A stretch of 64,000 bases of DNA from an uncultured Gammaproteobacteria bacterium (GTDB taxonomy: Bacteria; Pseudomonadota; Gammaproteobacteria; Ga0077536). The position numbers and the translations under genes are program-made. The notes below the pieces were generated by a model, which worked only from the letters and a program-made list of their open reading frames with translations, had not been told where the DNA came from and ran no database searches. This document shows, one piece after another, positions 10,534 through 21,381 of the stretch (position 1 is the stretch's first letter; every line of letters starts with the position of its first letter). The DNA is taken from the NCBI GenBank assembly GCA_942490995.1, contig CALOBG010000065.1:7005-71004 (forward strand). The letters are read 5' to 3'.

Positions 10534-11615
10534 CACCGGATCTTCAGGGTCGCCAGCGCGGCCAGGACCAGGATCACGGTAATGATCCAGAAGCGCACGA
10601 TGACGCGGGGTTCCGGCCAGCCTTTGAGTTCGAAATGATGATGGATGGGCGCCATGCGGAAAATCCGCCGGCCGGTCAGCTTGAATGACACAACCTGCAG
10701 GATCACCGATACGGTTTCCATCACGAACACGCCGCCCATGATCAGCAGCACCAGCTCCTGGCGTACGACCACCGCGACCGTGCCGATCGCCGCGCCCAGC
10801 GCGAGCGCGCCGATATCGCCCATAAAAACCTGCGCCGGATAGGTGTTGAACCACAGGAAACCCAGCCCGGCACCGACGATCGCGCCACAAAACACGCACA
10901 CTTCACCGACGCCGTTGATATACGGAACGCCGAGGTAACCGGCGAAGTAGAAGTTACCGGCCACATAGGCGAACACGATCAGCGCGGCGGCGACCATCAC
11001 CGTCGGCAGCACGGCAAGTCCGTCGAGCCCATCGGTGAGATTGACGGCGTTGCTGGTGCCGACGATGACGAAATAGGTCAGCAGGATGTACAGCGGGCCG
11101 AGTTCGATGGCGATGCTTTTGACCAACGGCACGATAAGCTGTGTTTCCGCTACCGTTTCGGCGCTGAGGTAGAGCACGCCGGCGACCAGCAGCGCGGCCA
11201 GCGACTGCCACAGGATTTTGTACCGCGCGCGCAGACCGGTGGAATTTTTGCGCACCAGTTTCAGATAGTCGTCGTACCAGCCGATCGCACCGAACAGGCT
11301 GGTCGCCAGCAATACGATCCACACGAAACGATTACCAAGATCGCTCCACGCGACGGTGCTGACCACAATCGAAACCAGGATCAGCAAACCACCCATGGTC
11401 GGTGTGCCGGCCTTGGTCAGATGGGATTCGGGACCGTCGTTACGTACGCTCTGGCCGATCTGAAAACGCGCCAGGTAGCGGATCATGGTCGGCCCCACCA
11501 GCAAGGCGATGAACAGCGCGGTGAGAACGCCCAGGATCGTGCGCAGGGTCAGGTACTGGAACACGTTGAAGCCCGAATGGAACTGCGCCAGGTAATCTGC
11601 CAGTTGCATCAGCAT
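10533..11615 (-). CDS. mraY: Phospho-N-acetylmuramoyl-pentapeptide transferase
   Basis: [38 protein letters not shown]. Confidence 0.99.
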   Translation of the reverse strand: MLMQLADYLAQFHSGFNVFQYLTLRTILGVLTALFIALLVGPTMIRYLARFQIGQSVRNDGPESHLTKAGTPTMGGLLILVSIVVSTVAWSDLGNRFVWIVLLATSLFGAIGWYDDYLKLVRKNSTGLRARYKILWQSLAALLVAGVLYLSAETVAETQLIVPLVKSIAIELGPLYILLTYFVIVGTSNAVNLTDGLDGLAVLPTVMVAAALIVFAYVAGNFYFAGYLGVPYINGVGEVCVFCGAIVGAGLGFLWFNTYPAQVFMGDIGALALGAAIGTVAVVVRQELVLLIMGGVFVMETVSVILQVVSFKLTGRRIFRMAPIHHHFELKGWPEPRVIVRFWIITVILVLAALATLKIR

Positions 11616-12961
11616 GGGCGTTCTACCAGTGCCGCGACAATGCGATCGAGGGCCATGAAACGTGAGCCTTTGAACAACACGGTCGGCGCCGGCCGCGCGT
11701 CGGCCAGCGCCGCGCCGAGCGCCTCGATCAAGGCCTGCGGGTCATCGAAATGCTGTGCCCCGGAACCAAAGCTGCGCTGCATCACGCGCGCCAGTTCACC
11801 GATGGCAAACACACGTTCGACCCCGGCGCGGCGCGCCGCGTCGGCGGCGTCGCGGTGGAGCGCCTCGGCCTGTTCGCCGAGTTCGCCCATGTCGCCGAAC
11901 ACCAGCCACCGCGGGTCGGCGGCGCTGGCCAGGACCTCGAGCGCGGCGGCCAGCGAAGCGGGATTGGCATTGTAGGTATCGTCGATAAAGGCCGCGTCAT
12001 ATGGCCCCGAGCGCGCCACCAGGCGTCCCGCTACCGCGGCCGTTTCGGCCAGGCCGGCGGCAATCTGCTCGAGCGCGATGCCCGCGGCCAGCGCGGCGGC
12101 GGCGGCGGCGAGTGCGTTGTTGACATTGTGGCGGCCGCGCGCCGGCAGTCTGACGCTGACCACGCCGGCCGGGCTGTGCAGGCGGAACCCCGTGCAGGCG
12201 CCGTCCGGCACGATGTCGCTGGCATGGACGTCACCATCGCGACCGAAGGTCATGATGCGGCGGTGCGCGGCGAGTTCGCGCCACAACGGCAGAAAGTCAT
12301 CCTCGTTGTTCAGTACCGCGGTGCCGTCCGCGGCCAGACCCGTCAGTAACTCGCCCTTGGTCCGAGCGACGGTTTCCAGGTCGCCGAAACCTTCGAGGTG
12401 AGACGGCGCGCACAGCGTGATGACGCCGACCCCGGGCTGCGCTATCGCGGCCAGGGTGGCGATGTCACCGGCGCGGCTGGCGCCCATTTCGATAACCGCC
12501 GCGCGGTGCTCGGCAGCGAGCTTGAACAGGGTCAGCGGCACGCCGATGTCGTTGTTCAGATTACCCGCCGTCACCAGGGCCGGTCCGTTCCTGCGTACGA
12601 TCGCGCCGAGCATTTCCTTGACGGTGGTTTTGCCGGCACTGCCGGTAACACCAAACAGCGGCAGCTTGAATCGCTGCCGCCAGCCGCGGGCGAGCAGACC
12701 GAGCGCGGCGCGCGTCTCGTCAACCACGATGCGGGCCAGGGGTGACGACACCGGACGCGCGACGACGGCGCCGGCGGCGCCGGCAGCAGCAGCTTCGGCA
12801 AGCTTTTCGTGAGCATCGAAATGCGGCCCGCTGAGGGCAAAAAACAATTCACCGGCGACCAGCGTGCGGGTATCGGTACTGACCCCGCGAAAATCGCGAT
12901 TGGCGCCGTCGAGCCGCGCTTCGAGCAATCCCGCGGCCTCGGCCAGCGACAGCGCGATCAC
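11609..12961 (-). CDS. murF: UDP-MurNAc-tripeptide--D-Ala-D-Ala ligase
   Basis: [35 protein letters not shown]. Confidence 0.97.
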   Translation of the reverse strand: MIALSLAEAAGLLEARLDGANRDFRGVSTDTRTLVAGELFFALSGPHFDAHEKLAEAAAAGAAGAVVARPVSSPLARIVVDETRAALGLLARGWRQRFKLPLFGVTGSAGKTTVKEMLGAIVRRNGPALVTAGNLNNDIGVPLTLFKLAAEHRAAVIEMGASRAGDIATLAAIAQPGVGVITLCAPSHLEGFGDLETVARTKGELLTGLAADGTAVLNNEDDFLPLWRELAAHRRIMTFGRDGDVHASDIVPDGACTGFRLHSPAGVVSVRLPARGRHNVNNALAAAAAALAAGIALEQIAAGLAETAAVAGRLVARSGPYDAAFIDDTYNANPASLAAALEVLASAADPRWLVFGDMGELGEQAEALHRDAADAARRAGVERVFAIGELARVMQRSFGSGAQHFDDPQALIEALGAALADARPAPTVLFKGSRFMALDRIVAALVERPC

Positions 12962-14460
12962 GTCCTGAGCTCCGCCAGCAACTGACCGACCAGGGCGCGG
13001 TCACTGAAAGCGCGACGCTCGCCGCGGCGTTCCTGGGTAGTTTCGTGGCCCTTGCCCGCAACCAGCACGATATCGCCGTCCTGTGCCGAACCGATCGCAG
13101 TGCGGATGGCGGCCGCGCGGTCGAGGCAAACCTCGACACCGTCCCGAGCCGACATGCCGGCGAGGATATCGGTGGCGATCGCCTGTTCGTCTTCGTTGCG
13201 CGGGTTGTCCGAGGTCACGACCACGTGGTCGGCCAGGCGTGTGGCCACCGCGCCCATCAGCGGACGTTTGCTGGCGTCGCGATCGCCGCCGCACCCGAAC
13301 ACCACGCTCAGACGGCGCGGCGCGAGTTCGCGCAGCGTGCCGAGTACCGCGGCCAGGGCGTCCGGCGTATGCGCGTAGTCGACGATCACGCGCGCGCCTG
13401 ATGCCGACCGTCCACATAGCTCCATGCGCCCCGGCACCGCGCGCAGTTGACCGAGGGTCGCGGCTACGGCCTCGAAGTCGTAGCCGGCAGCGAGCAACGA
13501 GGCGGCGATAAGCAGCAGATTGTCGACATTGAAACGCCCGAGCAGCGCGCTGCTGACGGTGTGTGAACGCCGTTCCGCACGCAACTCGAAGCGCACGCCT
13601 TCAGCGTTGCAGCTGATCGTTTCGGCGCGTACCCGCGCCTGCCGTGCAGCGGTCCCCGACTGTGTCGAACACGTCCACACGTCCACGTCCGCAGCGAGTG
13701 AGGCGGCGATTTCCGAACCCAGGTCGTCATCGATATTGATCGCCGCCGCCTGCAGGGGGCGGTGCTCGAACAGGCGTCGCTTGCACGCCGCGTAAACACT
13801 GCGGGTACCGTGGTAATCAAGGTGATCGTGGCCGAGGTTGGTGAACGCCGCGACGCTCAGATGCAGCCCGGCGATGCGATCCTGTTCGAGCGCGTGCGAC
13901 GAAACTTCAAGCGCGGTCGCACGGATACCCTGGCGACGGAACTGCGCAAGATAACGGTTGGTGGTGATGACATCAGGGGTGGTATTGGCGGTCGCCACGA
14001 GCGCGTTCGGTACGCCGGCGCCAAGCGTGCCGATATAGCCGCAATCGCCGTCGAGCACGGCGACCGCCTGAGCAATGAGATGCGCGACCGTGGTTTTCCC
14101 GTTGGTGCCGGTAACGGCGAACACTCGCACATCGCCGGACGGCGTGGCGAAGAAGCGATTGGCGATTCGACCGAGTTCGGCGCGCAACGAGCGCACCTCG
14201 GCGAGCGGCACGGCGAGCGCCAGGTCGGCGCGGCGGCGTTCGCAGACCACGGCCGCGGCGCCGCGGCGGGCCGCATCCGCGGCGTAGTCCGCACCATCGT
14301 GCCGGGTCCCGGTCAGCGCAAAAAAGCAGGCGCCGGCTCTGACCTCACGACTGTCGAGGGTGATATCCGTGACCACGCAGTCGGCATCCGCCGCGACTTC
14401 GCTGATCCCGGCGAGCAGGGCCGACAAGGGCTGTGACAGCTCAGTCGCGAGCGCGGTCAT
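12958..14460 (-). CDS. murE: UDP-MurNAc-dipeptide--meso-DAP ligase
   Basis: VTGTNGKTT, EVSSHAL, DHLDYH, DYAHTPDA, DNPR (DAP-specific motif), AGKGHE. Confidence 0.98.
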   Translation of the reverse strand: MTALATELSQPLSALLAGISEVAADADCVVTDITLDSREVRAGACFFALTGTRHDGADYAADAARRGAAAVVCERRRADLALAVPLAEVRSLRAELGRIANRFFATPSGDVRVFAVTGTNGKTTVAHLIAQAVAVLDGDCGYIGTLGAGVPNALVATANTTPDVITTNRYLAQFRRQGIRATALEVSSHALEQDRIAGLHLSVAAFTNLGHDHLDYHGTRSVYAACKRRLFEHRPLQAAAINIDDDLGSEIAASLAADVDVWTCSTQSGTAARQARVRAETISCNAEGVRFELRAERRSHTVSSALLGRFNVDNLLLIAASLLAAGYDFEAVAATLGQLRAVPGRMELCGRSASGARVIVDYAHTPDALAAVLGTLRELAPRRLSVVFGCGGDRDASKRPLMGAVATRLADHVVVTSDNPRNEDEQAIATDILAGMSARDGVEVCLDRAAAIRTAIGSAQDGDIVLVAGKGHETTQERRGERRAFSDRALVGQLLAELRT

Positions 14461-16199
14461 GGTGGACTCACCGCATCAGCTTCGGGCTTGCGGTGTTCGG
14501 CAAACCACACGCCATCCGGTCGCGATGGCAGGAGCCGGTCGGGCGCCACGTTCAAAATGCGGGTCGCTTCGCGCATCACGGTGGCAAAGATCGGCGCCGC
14601 AACCCGGCCGCCGAAATGCTCACCGCTTTTGGGCTCGTCGACCACAACGACGGCGACCAGGCGCGGCCGGGAGGCCGGGATCATGCCAGCGAACAGCGAC
14701 AGATAACGATCTTCGGCATAGCCCGAGACGATCGACTTGTGCACCGTCCCGGTTTTTCCGGCCACGCTGTAGCCCTCCACCTGCGCCTGCCGGCCGGTGC
14801 CGCGGGTGACGACGATTTCGAGCATGTTACGCACCGCCTGCACGGTTTCCGGCCGCAGCGCGCGTTCCCGCGGCGGCGGTGCCTGCAGGCGTACGATACT
14901 CAACGGCTGCAGCCAGCCGTCGTTGGCGAGCACGGTGTAGGCGCGCGCGAGCTGCAGTGTCGTCACCGACAGTCCGTAACCGAACGCGAGGGTCGCGTGT
15001 TCGATTTCGCGCCAGTTCGAAAACGGATTCAGGCGGCCGTAGGCTTCGCCGGGCAGGGAAACCTCGGTGAGCGAACCGAGACCGACCGCGTTGAAAGTTT
15101 TCCACAACAGCTCGGGCTCCATCGACAGCGCGATCTTGCTGGCCCCGACATTGCTGGATTTTTCGATGACGCCGACGATATCGAGTTTGCCGTAGTTGTG
15201 CATGTCGCGCACCGTGTGGCGCCCGACCTTGAAATATCCCGGCGCCGTTTCGACGGTACTCTCACTGCGGTAGCTGCCTGATTCCAGGGCCGCGGCGATG
15301 GTGAACGGCTTGATGGTCGACCCGGGTTCGAAAAGATCCGTCACCGCACGGTTGCGATAATTTTCGCCTTTCAGATCGCTGCGATTATTCGGGTTGAACG
15401 AAGGTTGGTTGACGAGCGCGATGATCTCGCCGTTGTGCGCGTCGACGATGACCATCGAAGCGGCGCGCGCGCGTTGAGCGTGGACCGCGTTTTTGAGGGT
15501 CCGGTAAGCGACATACTGAACGCGCTCGTCGATGCTCAATCGAATATCAATGCCGGGCTTGATCGGCTGCAGGCGTTCGACATTTTCGACTACCCGACCG
15601 AGTCGATCTTTAATCACTCGGCGCAATCCGGGTGCGCCGCGCAGCGCGTCGTCGAACACCAGCTCGATGCCTTCCTGCCCACGGTCGTCAACGTTGGTGA
15701 AACCAAGCACGTGCGCGGTCAGTTCGGCGGCCGGGTAATAGCGTCGATATTCGCCCTGTAAACGCAGCCCGCGCAGGTTGAGCGCGCGGATCTGGGCGCC
15801 CTGGTCGGGGGTCAGGTGGCGCTTGAGGTAAACAAACTTGCGGTCGAGACGCGGCAGGACCAGGGTCTCGAGGTGATCGATCGTCATGCCCAGCGCCTCG
15901 GCGAGCTGCGGCCAGCGGGCGCGCTCTTCGATGAACTCGCGGGGCGCGATCCAGGCCGATGAGGTCGGCGTGCTGATCGCGAGCGGCTGGCCGTTGCGAT
16001 CGGTGATCATGCCGCGGTTGGCGTGGATCTCCTCGACCCGCAGGTGGCGCGCATCGCCATGGCTCTGCAGAAATTCGCCTTCGTTCAGCTGCAGATCGAC
16101 CGCGCGCCAGACCAGGGTACAGGCGGCGGCGAGAAACACCGCCATCACCAGGCGCCGGCGGAATTTGAGCTCGCGATTGACACGTCCGTAACTGCTCAT
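14457..16199 (-). CDS. ftsI: Penicillin-binding protein 3 (septal transpeptidase)
   Basis: RGMITDRNG, EPGSTIK (SxxK), SSN (SxN), KTGT; ATG at 16199. Confidence 0.97.
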   Translation of the reverse strand: MSSYGRVNRELKFRRRLVMAVFLAAACTLVWRAVDLQLNEGEFLQSHGDARHLRVEEIHANRGMITDRNGQPLAISTPTSSAWIAPREFIEERARWPQLAEALGMTIDHLETLVLPRLDRKFVYLKRHLTPDQGAQIRALNLRGLRLQGEYRRYYPAAELTAHVLGFTNVDDRGQEGIELVFDDALRGAPGLRRVIKDRLGRVVENVERLQPIKPGIDIRLSIDERVQYVAYRTLKNAVHAQRARAASMVIVDAHNGEIIALVNQPSFNPNNRSDLKGENYRNRAVTDLFEPGSTIKPFTIAAALESGSYRSESTVETAPGYFKVGRHTVRDMHNYGKLDIVGVIEKSSNVGASKIALSMEPELLWKTFNAVGLGSLTEVSLPGEAYGRLNPFSNWREIEHATLAFGYGLSVTTLQLARAYTVLANDGWLQPLSIVRLQAPPPRERALRPETVQAVRNMLEIVVTRGTGRQAQVEGYSVAGKTGTVHKSIVSGYAEDRYLSLFAGMIPASRPRLVAVVVVDEPKSGEHFGGRVAAPIFATVMREATRILNVAPDRLLPSRPDGVWFAEHRKPEADAVSPP

Positions 16200-16459
16200 C
16201 GCAGTTCCACCACGCGGTTCGATCCCGGCGGCACCATGCCCAGTTGGTCGCGTGCCATGTCCTCGATGCGCACGGGTGTCGCCCAGGTTGCCTGTTCGAG
16301 CAACAGTTGGCCCCATTCCTGGTTAAGTTGCTCTCGAGTGTCGCGCAGGGTCTGCAGTTCGACGAACAGCGTGCGACTGGCGTGCCGGCTGAGTACCAGT
16401 TCGATGGCCGAAGCGAAGGTGCAGGTACCGGCGAGTAGCGCGACGACAAGCAACTTCAT
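16196..16459 (-). CDS. ftsL: Cell division protein FtsL
   Basis: Short TM plus leucine-zipper ending EWGQLLLEQATW; located between rsmH and ftsI. Confidence 0.9.
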   Translation of the reverse strand: MKLLVVALLAGTCTFASAIELVLSRHASRTLFVELQTLRDTREQLNQEWGQLLLEQATWATPVRIEDMARDQLGMVPPGSNRVVELR

Positions 16460-17370
16460 GCCACCCGCTCCAGGCCGCGCAGGCGGGCGCTGCGCGCGCG
16501 CGGGTTGTGCCGGCGTTCCTCGTCACTCGCCATCAGTGGCTTGCGGGTAAGCAGACCGAATGCCGGCGACAACGCGCGCTTCTCGCGTCGGCTTTCGCGC
16601 GCCGCACGATCGAGATCGCGAAAGCTGCGTTTGACGATGCGGTCTTCGAGTGAATGAAAAGCGATCACCAGCAGGCGCCCGCCCTCGCCGAGCATGGCCA
16701 GCGCCACCTGCAGGGCGCGCTCGAGCTCACCGAGTTCGTCATTGATATGCAGCCGGATGGCCTGAAACGTTCGGGTTGCCGGATCAATGCGACTGCCGCG
16801 CGCGTACACGCATGTCCGCACCAGCGCGGCGAGTTCGAAGGTTGTGGTCAGCGGATTCGTTTTACGGGTATCGACGATGCGCCGGGCGATCTGCCGCGAG
16901 CGACGTTCTTCGCCGTAGCGCCACAGGACATCGCTGATCTCGGTTTCGCTGGCGGTGCTCAGCCATGCGGCCGCCGACATGCCCGAGTCCGGATCCATGC
17001 GCATGTCGAGCGGACCATCGTTGCGAAAACTGAATCCGCGCGCGGCCTCGTCGACCTGGGGTGATGAAATACCAAGGTCGAAAAGGATCCCGTCGACCTG
17101 CCCTTGCAATCCGGCGCAGACCTCGGCGAGGCGTGAAAACGTTGTCTGAACCACGCGCAGGCGTGGCTCATCGGCGGCCAGCTCGAGGCCGGCCGTAATC
17201 GCCTGTGGATCGCGATCGAGCGCGATGACGCGACCGGTCGGACCGAGCCTGTCGAGTATGGCGCGGGTGTGACCGCCGCGGCCGAACGTCGCGTCGATAT
17301 AGGTTCCGTCCGGTTTGACGTTCATCAACTCAATGACCTCGGCCAGGAAAACCGGAACGTGCTGTGACAT
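16456..17370 (-). CDS. rsmH: 16S rRNA m4C1402 methyltransferase
   Basis: HVPVFLAEV, DATFGRGGH, DLGISSPQ, FHSLEDR, NPRARSA; alternative GTG start at 17385. Confidence 0.98.
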   Translation of the reverse strand: MSQHVPVFLAEVIELMNVKPDGTYIDATFGRGGHTRAILDRLGPTGRVIALDRDPQAITAGLELAADEPRLRVVQTTFSRLAEVCAGLQGQVDGILFDLGISSPQVDEAARGFSFRNDGPLDMRMDPDSGMSAAAWLSTASETEISDVLWRYGEERRSRQIARRIVDTRKTNPLTTTFELAALVRTCVYARGSRIDPATRTFQAIRLHINDELGELERALQVALAMLGEGGRLLVIAFHSLEDRIVKRSFRDLDRAARESRREKRALSPAFGLLTRKPLMASDEERRHNPRARSARLRGLERVA

Positions 17371-17388
17371 GGGTAGCGGTCTCACCGC

Positions 17389-17847
17389 TCACAGCGACAA
17401 GGTGTCGAGCGTCGCCGAAGAACCGTCGGTTCGCTTGCCGACATCGTCCAGCCAGCCATCGCGTTCGTTGCGCCAGCTCGTCGCGTCCCACAATTCGAGC
17501 TTGTTACCCTGCCCGAGCAGCACGACCTGCTTGCTGAGCGCGGCGATATCACGCAATTCCTGCGGCAACAGGATGCGGCCCTGGCCATCACAGCTGCAGT
17601 CGCTGGCGTAGCCGCGCATGATTTGTTTGGTCCGCCGGGCGTGCTTGTCGACGTCGGACAGGGCCGCCAGTTTGACTTCGATCAGCTCCCACTCGGGCAG
17701 CGGATAGAGCCACAGACAGCGATCCCAGGGATTGAGGGTGAGGACGAGCTCAGTACACTCCAGCCGTGCGAGGTTATCGCGGAACCGCGCAGAAATGGCC
17801 ACACGCCCCTTGGCGTCGACGTTGACGGTATTGAGTCCGCGAAACAT
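17389..17847 (-). CDS. mraZ: Division/cell wall cluster transcriptional repressor MraZ
   Basis: MFRG..VDAKGR and second repeat DGQGRILLP; ATG at 17847. Confidence 0.97.
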   Translation of the reverse strand: MFRGLNTVNVDAKGRVAISARFRDNLARLECTELVLTLNPWDRCLWLYPLPEWELIEVKLAALSDVDKHARRTKQIMRGYASDCSCDGQGRILLPQELRDIAALSKQVVLLGQGNKLELWDATSWRNERDGWLDDVGKRTDGSSATLDTLSL

Positions 17848-17916
17848 CTGCGGTACCTGGGTCCGTGCCGGCGCGACGCTCACCGAACCGATTCGGAAGC
17901 TGCAAAATCAGCTGGA

Positions 17917-17941
17917 CCCACTTTTCCCCACTATTCACCAC
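17917..17941 (-). promoter_or_regulatory. MraZ operator: three GTGG(G/T) boxes at 10-bp period
   Basis: Minus strand GTGGT-gaata-GTGGG-gaaaa-GTGGG, just downstream of the dcw promoter; matches known MraZ direct repeats. Confidence 0.85.
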
Positions 17942-17949
17942 AAGGCGCA

Positions 17950-17979
17950 ACTATAAGGAGCGCGGCGGAAAACTGTCAA
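17950..17979 (-). promoter_or_regulatory. sigma70 promoter of the dcw operon
   Basis: TTGACA (17979-17974), 18-bp spacer, TATAGT (17955-17950). Confidence 0.75.
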
Positions 17980-18180
17980 GGAAAATGCCGTGATTTGTGA
18001 CCGAATTCTTTCTTATACAACAGTAACTTAGCTTGCCGAGGGGGATGTGCGGTCAGGCTCTGCTCTGATGCACCAGGCAAACATCATTCAAAATCATAAT
18101 TATATGAACTTAAGCTAATTTGAAGTATTAAGTTTGTACCGATCCGGCGTGCGCGTGCGGCCGCCCCGGCATGAAATTGG

Positions 18181-18566
18181 GCAAGTCGGCCTGTAAGCCG
18201 GGTTCTGTACTACTGCAATGCAGCATGGTGATCATTCATCTGCGACGCACGTCACCGCGCGCCTCAAGCGACCTACCCGGAAACTCGTGCGAACCGCACT
18301 TTCCCGCCGAGGCGGTACGTTTCCCTATTTGGTCTTGCTCCGGATGGGGTTTACCCTGCCACCGGCGTTGACCGGCGCGGTGCGCTCTTACCGCACCATT
18401 TCACCCTTACCCCGCGAGCGGGGCGGTATATTTTCTGTGGCACTTTCCGTAGGCTCGCGCCTCCCAGGCGTTACCTGGCATCCTGTCCTGTGGAGCCCGG
18501 ACTTTCCTCCACCGCGCCGTCGCGGCGAACCACGACCACACGACAGCGATCACCCGGCCGACTTGC
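18181..18566 (-). ncRNA. rnpB: RNase P RNA, type A
   Basis: Minus strand has GAGGAAAGTCCGGGCTCC, AGTGCCACAGAAA, GGTGAAATGGTGCGGTAAGAGCGCACC, GAGCAAGACCAAATA, ACAGAACCCGGCTTA; ends pair via GCAAGTCGGC/GCCGACTTGC. Confidence 0.97.
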
Positions 18567-18580
18567 TGCGCGGCAGTGTG

Positions 18581-19468
18581 TTAGTTTCGCCGGTCTTTTT
18601 CAACGACCGCGGAGCCCGTGCGCCGGGCCAGCACGCGGCGATACACGGCATTGCGCCCCATACCGCTCAGTTCGGCAACGATACGGACCGCGGTTTTTGC
18701 ATCGACCGCCGGCAGGATGACGTCAAGCATCTGTTCGACATCGCTCTGTTCCGGCGACATCGCGGCGCCGGCGACGACGATCACGAACTCGCCGCGGGTC
18801 GCATGCGCTTCGCTGTCGAGGCGCTCGAGCAAGCTGCCGAGCGGGCCGCGGTAGACGGTTTCGTGGCGTTTGGTCAGTTCACGCACCACCACGGCCTGGC
18901 GCTCGACGCCAAACACGGTCTGCATCAGTCCGAGGGTTCGCAGGATGCGGTGTGGCGCTTCGTAGTAGACCAGGGTCCTGCTCTCGCGCCGCACCGCCGC
19001 AAGCCGCGCTTCACAGGCGCCCGCCGCCGCGGGCAGAAAGCCCTCGAACACGAAACGATCACTGGGCAGCCCGGCGATACTCATCGCCGCGGTCACCGCT
19101 GCCGGTCCGGGTACGCTCAACACTGCAATGCCGGCCGCCGCTGCGCGCGTGACGAGGACGTATCCGGGATCCGAAATCAGCGGCGTGCCGGCGTCGCTGA
19201 TCAGCGCATAAGCGTGGTGCTCGCCCTGCATTCGCTTGACGATGTCGTCGGCGACCCGGTCCTCGTTATGTTCGTGACAGGCCCGCAGCGGGGTAGAAAT
19301 CGCGTAATGGTCCAGCAGCCGTCGACTGTGCCGTGTGTCTTCGCACAGGATCGTATCGACGCCGCTCAGCACGGCCACTGCACGCGCACTGAGATCGGCG
19401 AGATTGCCGATCGGGGTCGCCACCACGTACAGGGCCGGGCGCTCAATTGACAGTTCCGCATCCGCCAC
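18581..19468 (-). CDS. rsmI: 16S rRNA C1402 2'-O-methyltransferase
   Basis: LYVVATPIGNLAD, CEDTRH, ISDAGTPLISDPG, YEAPHR; start uncertain (GTG 19468 chosen, ATG 19543 would overlap lpoA). Confidence 0.95.
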   Translation of the reverse strand: MADAELSIERPALYVVATPIGNLADLSARAVAVLSGVDTILCEDTRHSRRLLDHYAISTPLRACHEHNEDRVADDIVKRMQGEHHAYALISDAGTPLISDPGYVLVTRAAAAGIAVLSVPGPAAVTAAMSIAGLPSDRFVFEGFLPAAAGACEARLAAVRRESRTLVYYEAPHRILRTLGLMQTVFGVERQAVVVRELTKRHETVYRGPLGSLLERLDSEAHATRGEFVIVVAGAAMSPEQSDVEQMLDVILPAVDAKTAVRIVAELSGMGRNAVYRRVLARRTGSAVVEKDRRN

Positions 19469-19511
19469 AGATACTGCCTGCGTGTCCGCTCCACGCGCTG
19501 TTGTCCCGCCG

Positions 19512-21356
19512 TTGTCCCTACGATTTTTCGCTGTCGGCGTCATTGCGCTTATTACATGCGCCTGCGCGCCGCAAGGCAATGTCCGCCCGCAGGTCGCCCC
19601 GCCCGATCCCCTGACCCTTGCCAACCGCCAGCTCAGCGCCGGTGATTACGCCGGTGCGGCACAGGCGTATAGCGCACTCGCCGCCGAACAGGAACCGCGC
19701 GAGGCGACACGTCTGCGCGCGCTCGCCGCGCTCGCTTATCAGGACGCCGGCGACCAGGCTTCGGCTGAGATCCTGCTCACCGCGCTCGAAACCGGCAGCG
19801 TCGGCGCCGATTCGCTTATCGCGACGGCCAAATCGTGCTCACTGCTGGCGAACGGTATGGCCGACCAGGCTTATGCGCTGGCCACCGCACTCGACACGGC
19901 TCCGCTGACCCCCTACCAGCGCGGCCACCACGCACGCTGCCTGGGTGCCGCGGCGCTGCAGACGGCGCACTACGAAACCGCGGCATCCGCTTATACCAGC
20001 GCCTATCGCTACCCGATGCCGGCCGGACAGGCGCCGGCGATTGCCGCCGCAACCTGGCAGGCGGTGTCGCGTCTGAGCGCGGCGCAGGCCGCCGCGCAGG
20101 CCGAATCCGGCGATGCTACAACCGCGGGCTGGTACGCCCTCTCCGTGGTAGCACAGCGCACGCTGTTCGATCCGCCGCAGCTCATCGAACAGACCGCTGC
20201 GTGGCAACAGCACTACCCGGGTCATCCGGCCACCAGCGTCATCGAAACACTCATCGAGCGCGCGGAGACGATCGCGGTGAGGCCACGCAAAATCGCCCTG
20301 GTGCTGCCTTTCGAGGACACCCTGGGGCCGGCCGCACGCGCGATCCGTGATGGTTTCATCGCTGCCTGGTACATGGACCCCGCGCCGCAGTCGCGCGCCG
20401 AACTCAGGATTTATTCCAGTGACGAAAATGACATCAGTGCCAGCGTCGGCGCGGCGCTCGCCGACGGTGCGGAGTTCATCGTCGGACCGCTACGCAAAAC
20501 CGAAGTCGAACAACTGCGCAACCAGACTGAACTCGGAGCCAACCTGCTCGCCCTTAATGTCAGCGATCAACCGCAGAGCGGCGCGCCAGCCGGCTTCTAC
20601 CAGTTCGGACTGACCCCCGAGGACGAAGCCGGGCAAATCGCCGGGCGCGCGTTCCGCAGTGGGCCGCGCGCCCTGGTGATGGCCCCGGACACGGCGTGGG
20701 GCAAGCGCCTGACCACGGCCTATAGCGGCAACTGGAACGCGCTCGGCGGTACCGTCGTCAGCGAGGTTTATTACCAGCAGGACGCGCAGGCCTATGCCAC
20801 CGCGGTTCGGCGCGCGCTCAACATCCATCTCAGCGAAGCGCGTTTCGCGGAGCTGCGTCGGACGCTGAATCTGCCGCTCCACTTCGAACCGCGCGGGCGC
20901 CAGGATGTCGACGTCATCCTGCTCGCCGCCTTTCCTGACAATGCTCGCCAGATCATGCCGCAGCTGCGCTACCACGGCGCCGCCGACATCCCGGTATTCA
21001 CCACCTCGCACGTCTATGCGGGCTCACCGCTGCCCCGCCGCGACAGCGATTTCGACGGCATCACCTTCGCCGATATGCCGTGGCTGTTTGGCGCCGCCGA
21101 CCGCGACCTGTTCGACCTCGTACAGCGTGCCTGGAGCGACGAGGCGCGCAGCTTTGCACGGCTTTACGGTTTCGGCATCGATGCCTATCGCGTACTGCCG
21201 TACCTGGCCAAGATGCGTTTCCAGCAGGGACTGCGCATTCCGGGCGTCACCGGCGAACTGTGGATGGATCAATTCGGGGTCGTACACCGCAACATGGTTT
21301 TTGTGCGCTTTGCCGACGGCCGGCCGAAGCTGTTGGACAGCGGGCAGGAGTACTGA
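19512..21356 (+). CDS. lpoA: Penicillin-binding protein activator LpoA (LppC family lipoprotein)
   Basis: Lipoprotein-type signal ending in Cys, TPR-like helices, KIALVLP, IVGPLRK, LALN, LYGFGIDAY, GVTGELW; start uncertain (TTG 19512). Confidence 0.85.
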   Translation: MSLRFFAVGVIALITCACAPQGNVRPQVAPPDPLTLANRQLSAGDYAGAAQAYSALAAEQEPREATRLRALAALAYQDAGDQASAEILLTALETGSVGADSLIATAKSCSLLANGMADQAYALATALDTAPLTPYQRGHHARCLGAAALQTAHYETAASAYTSAYRYPMPAGQAPAIAAATWQAVSRLSAAQAAAQAESGDATTAGWYALSVVAQRTLFDPPQLIEQTAAWQQHYPGHPATSVIETLIERAETIAVRPRKIALVLPFEDTLGPAARAIRDGFIAAWYMDPAPQSRAELRIYSSDENDISASVGAALADGAEFIVGPLRKTEVEQLRNQTELGANLLALNVSDQPQSGAPAGFYQFGLTPEDEAGQIAGRAFRSGPRALVMAPDTAWGKRLTTAYSGNWNALGGTVVSEVYYQQDAQAYATAVRRALNIHLSEARFAELRRTLNLPLHFEPRGRQDVDVILLAAFPDNARQIMPQLRYHGAADIPVFTTSHVYAGSPLPRRDSDFDGITFADMPWLFGAADRDLFDLVQRAWSDEARSFARLYGFGIDAYRVLPYLAKMRFQQGLRIPGVTGELWMDQFGVVHRNMVFVRFADGRPKLLDSGQEY

Positions 21357-21381
21357 TCCCGGCGCGGGATCGGCGGCGCCG

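Noticed and set aside
17990-18140. Replication origin in the AT-rich tract
   Set aside because: No convincing DnaA boxes (TTATNCACA) were seen; the closest is TTATACAAC. The context is the ordinary rnpB-mraZ interval.
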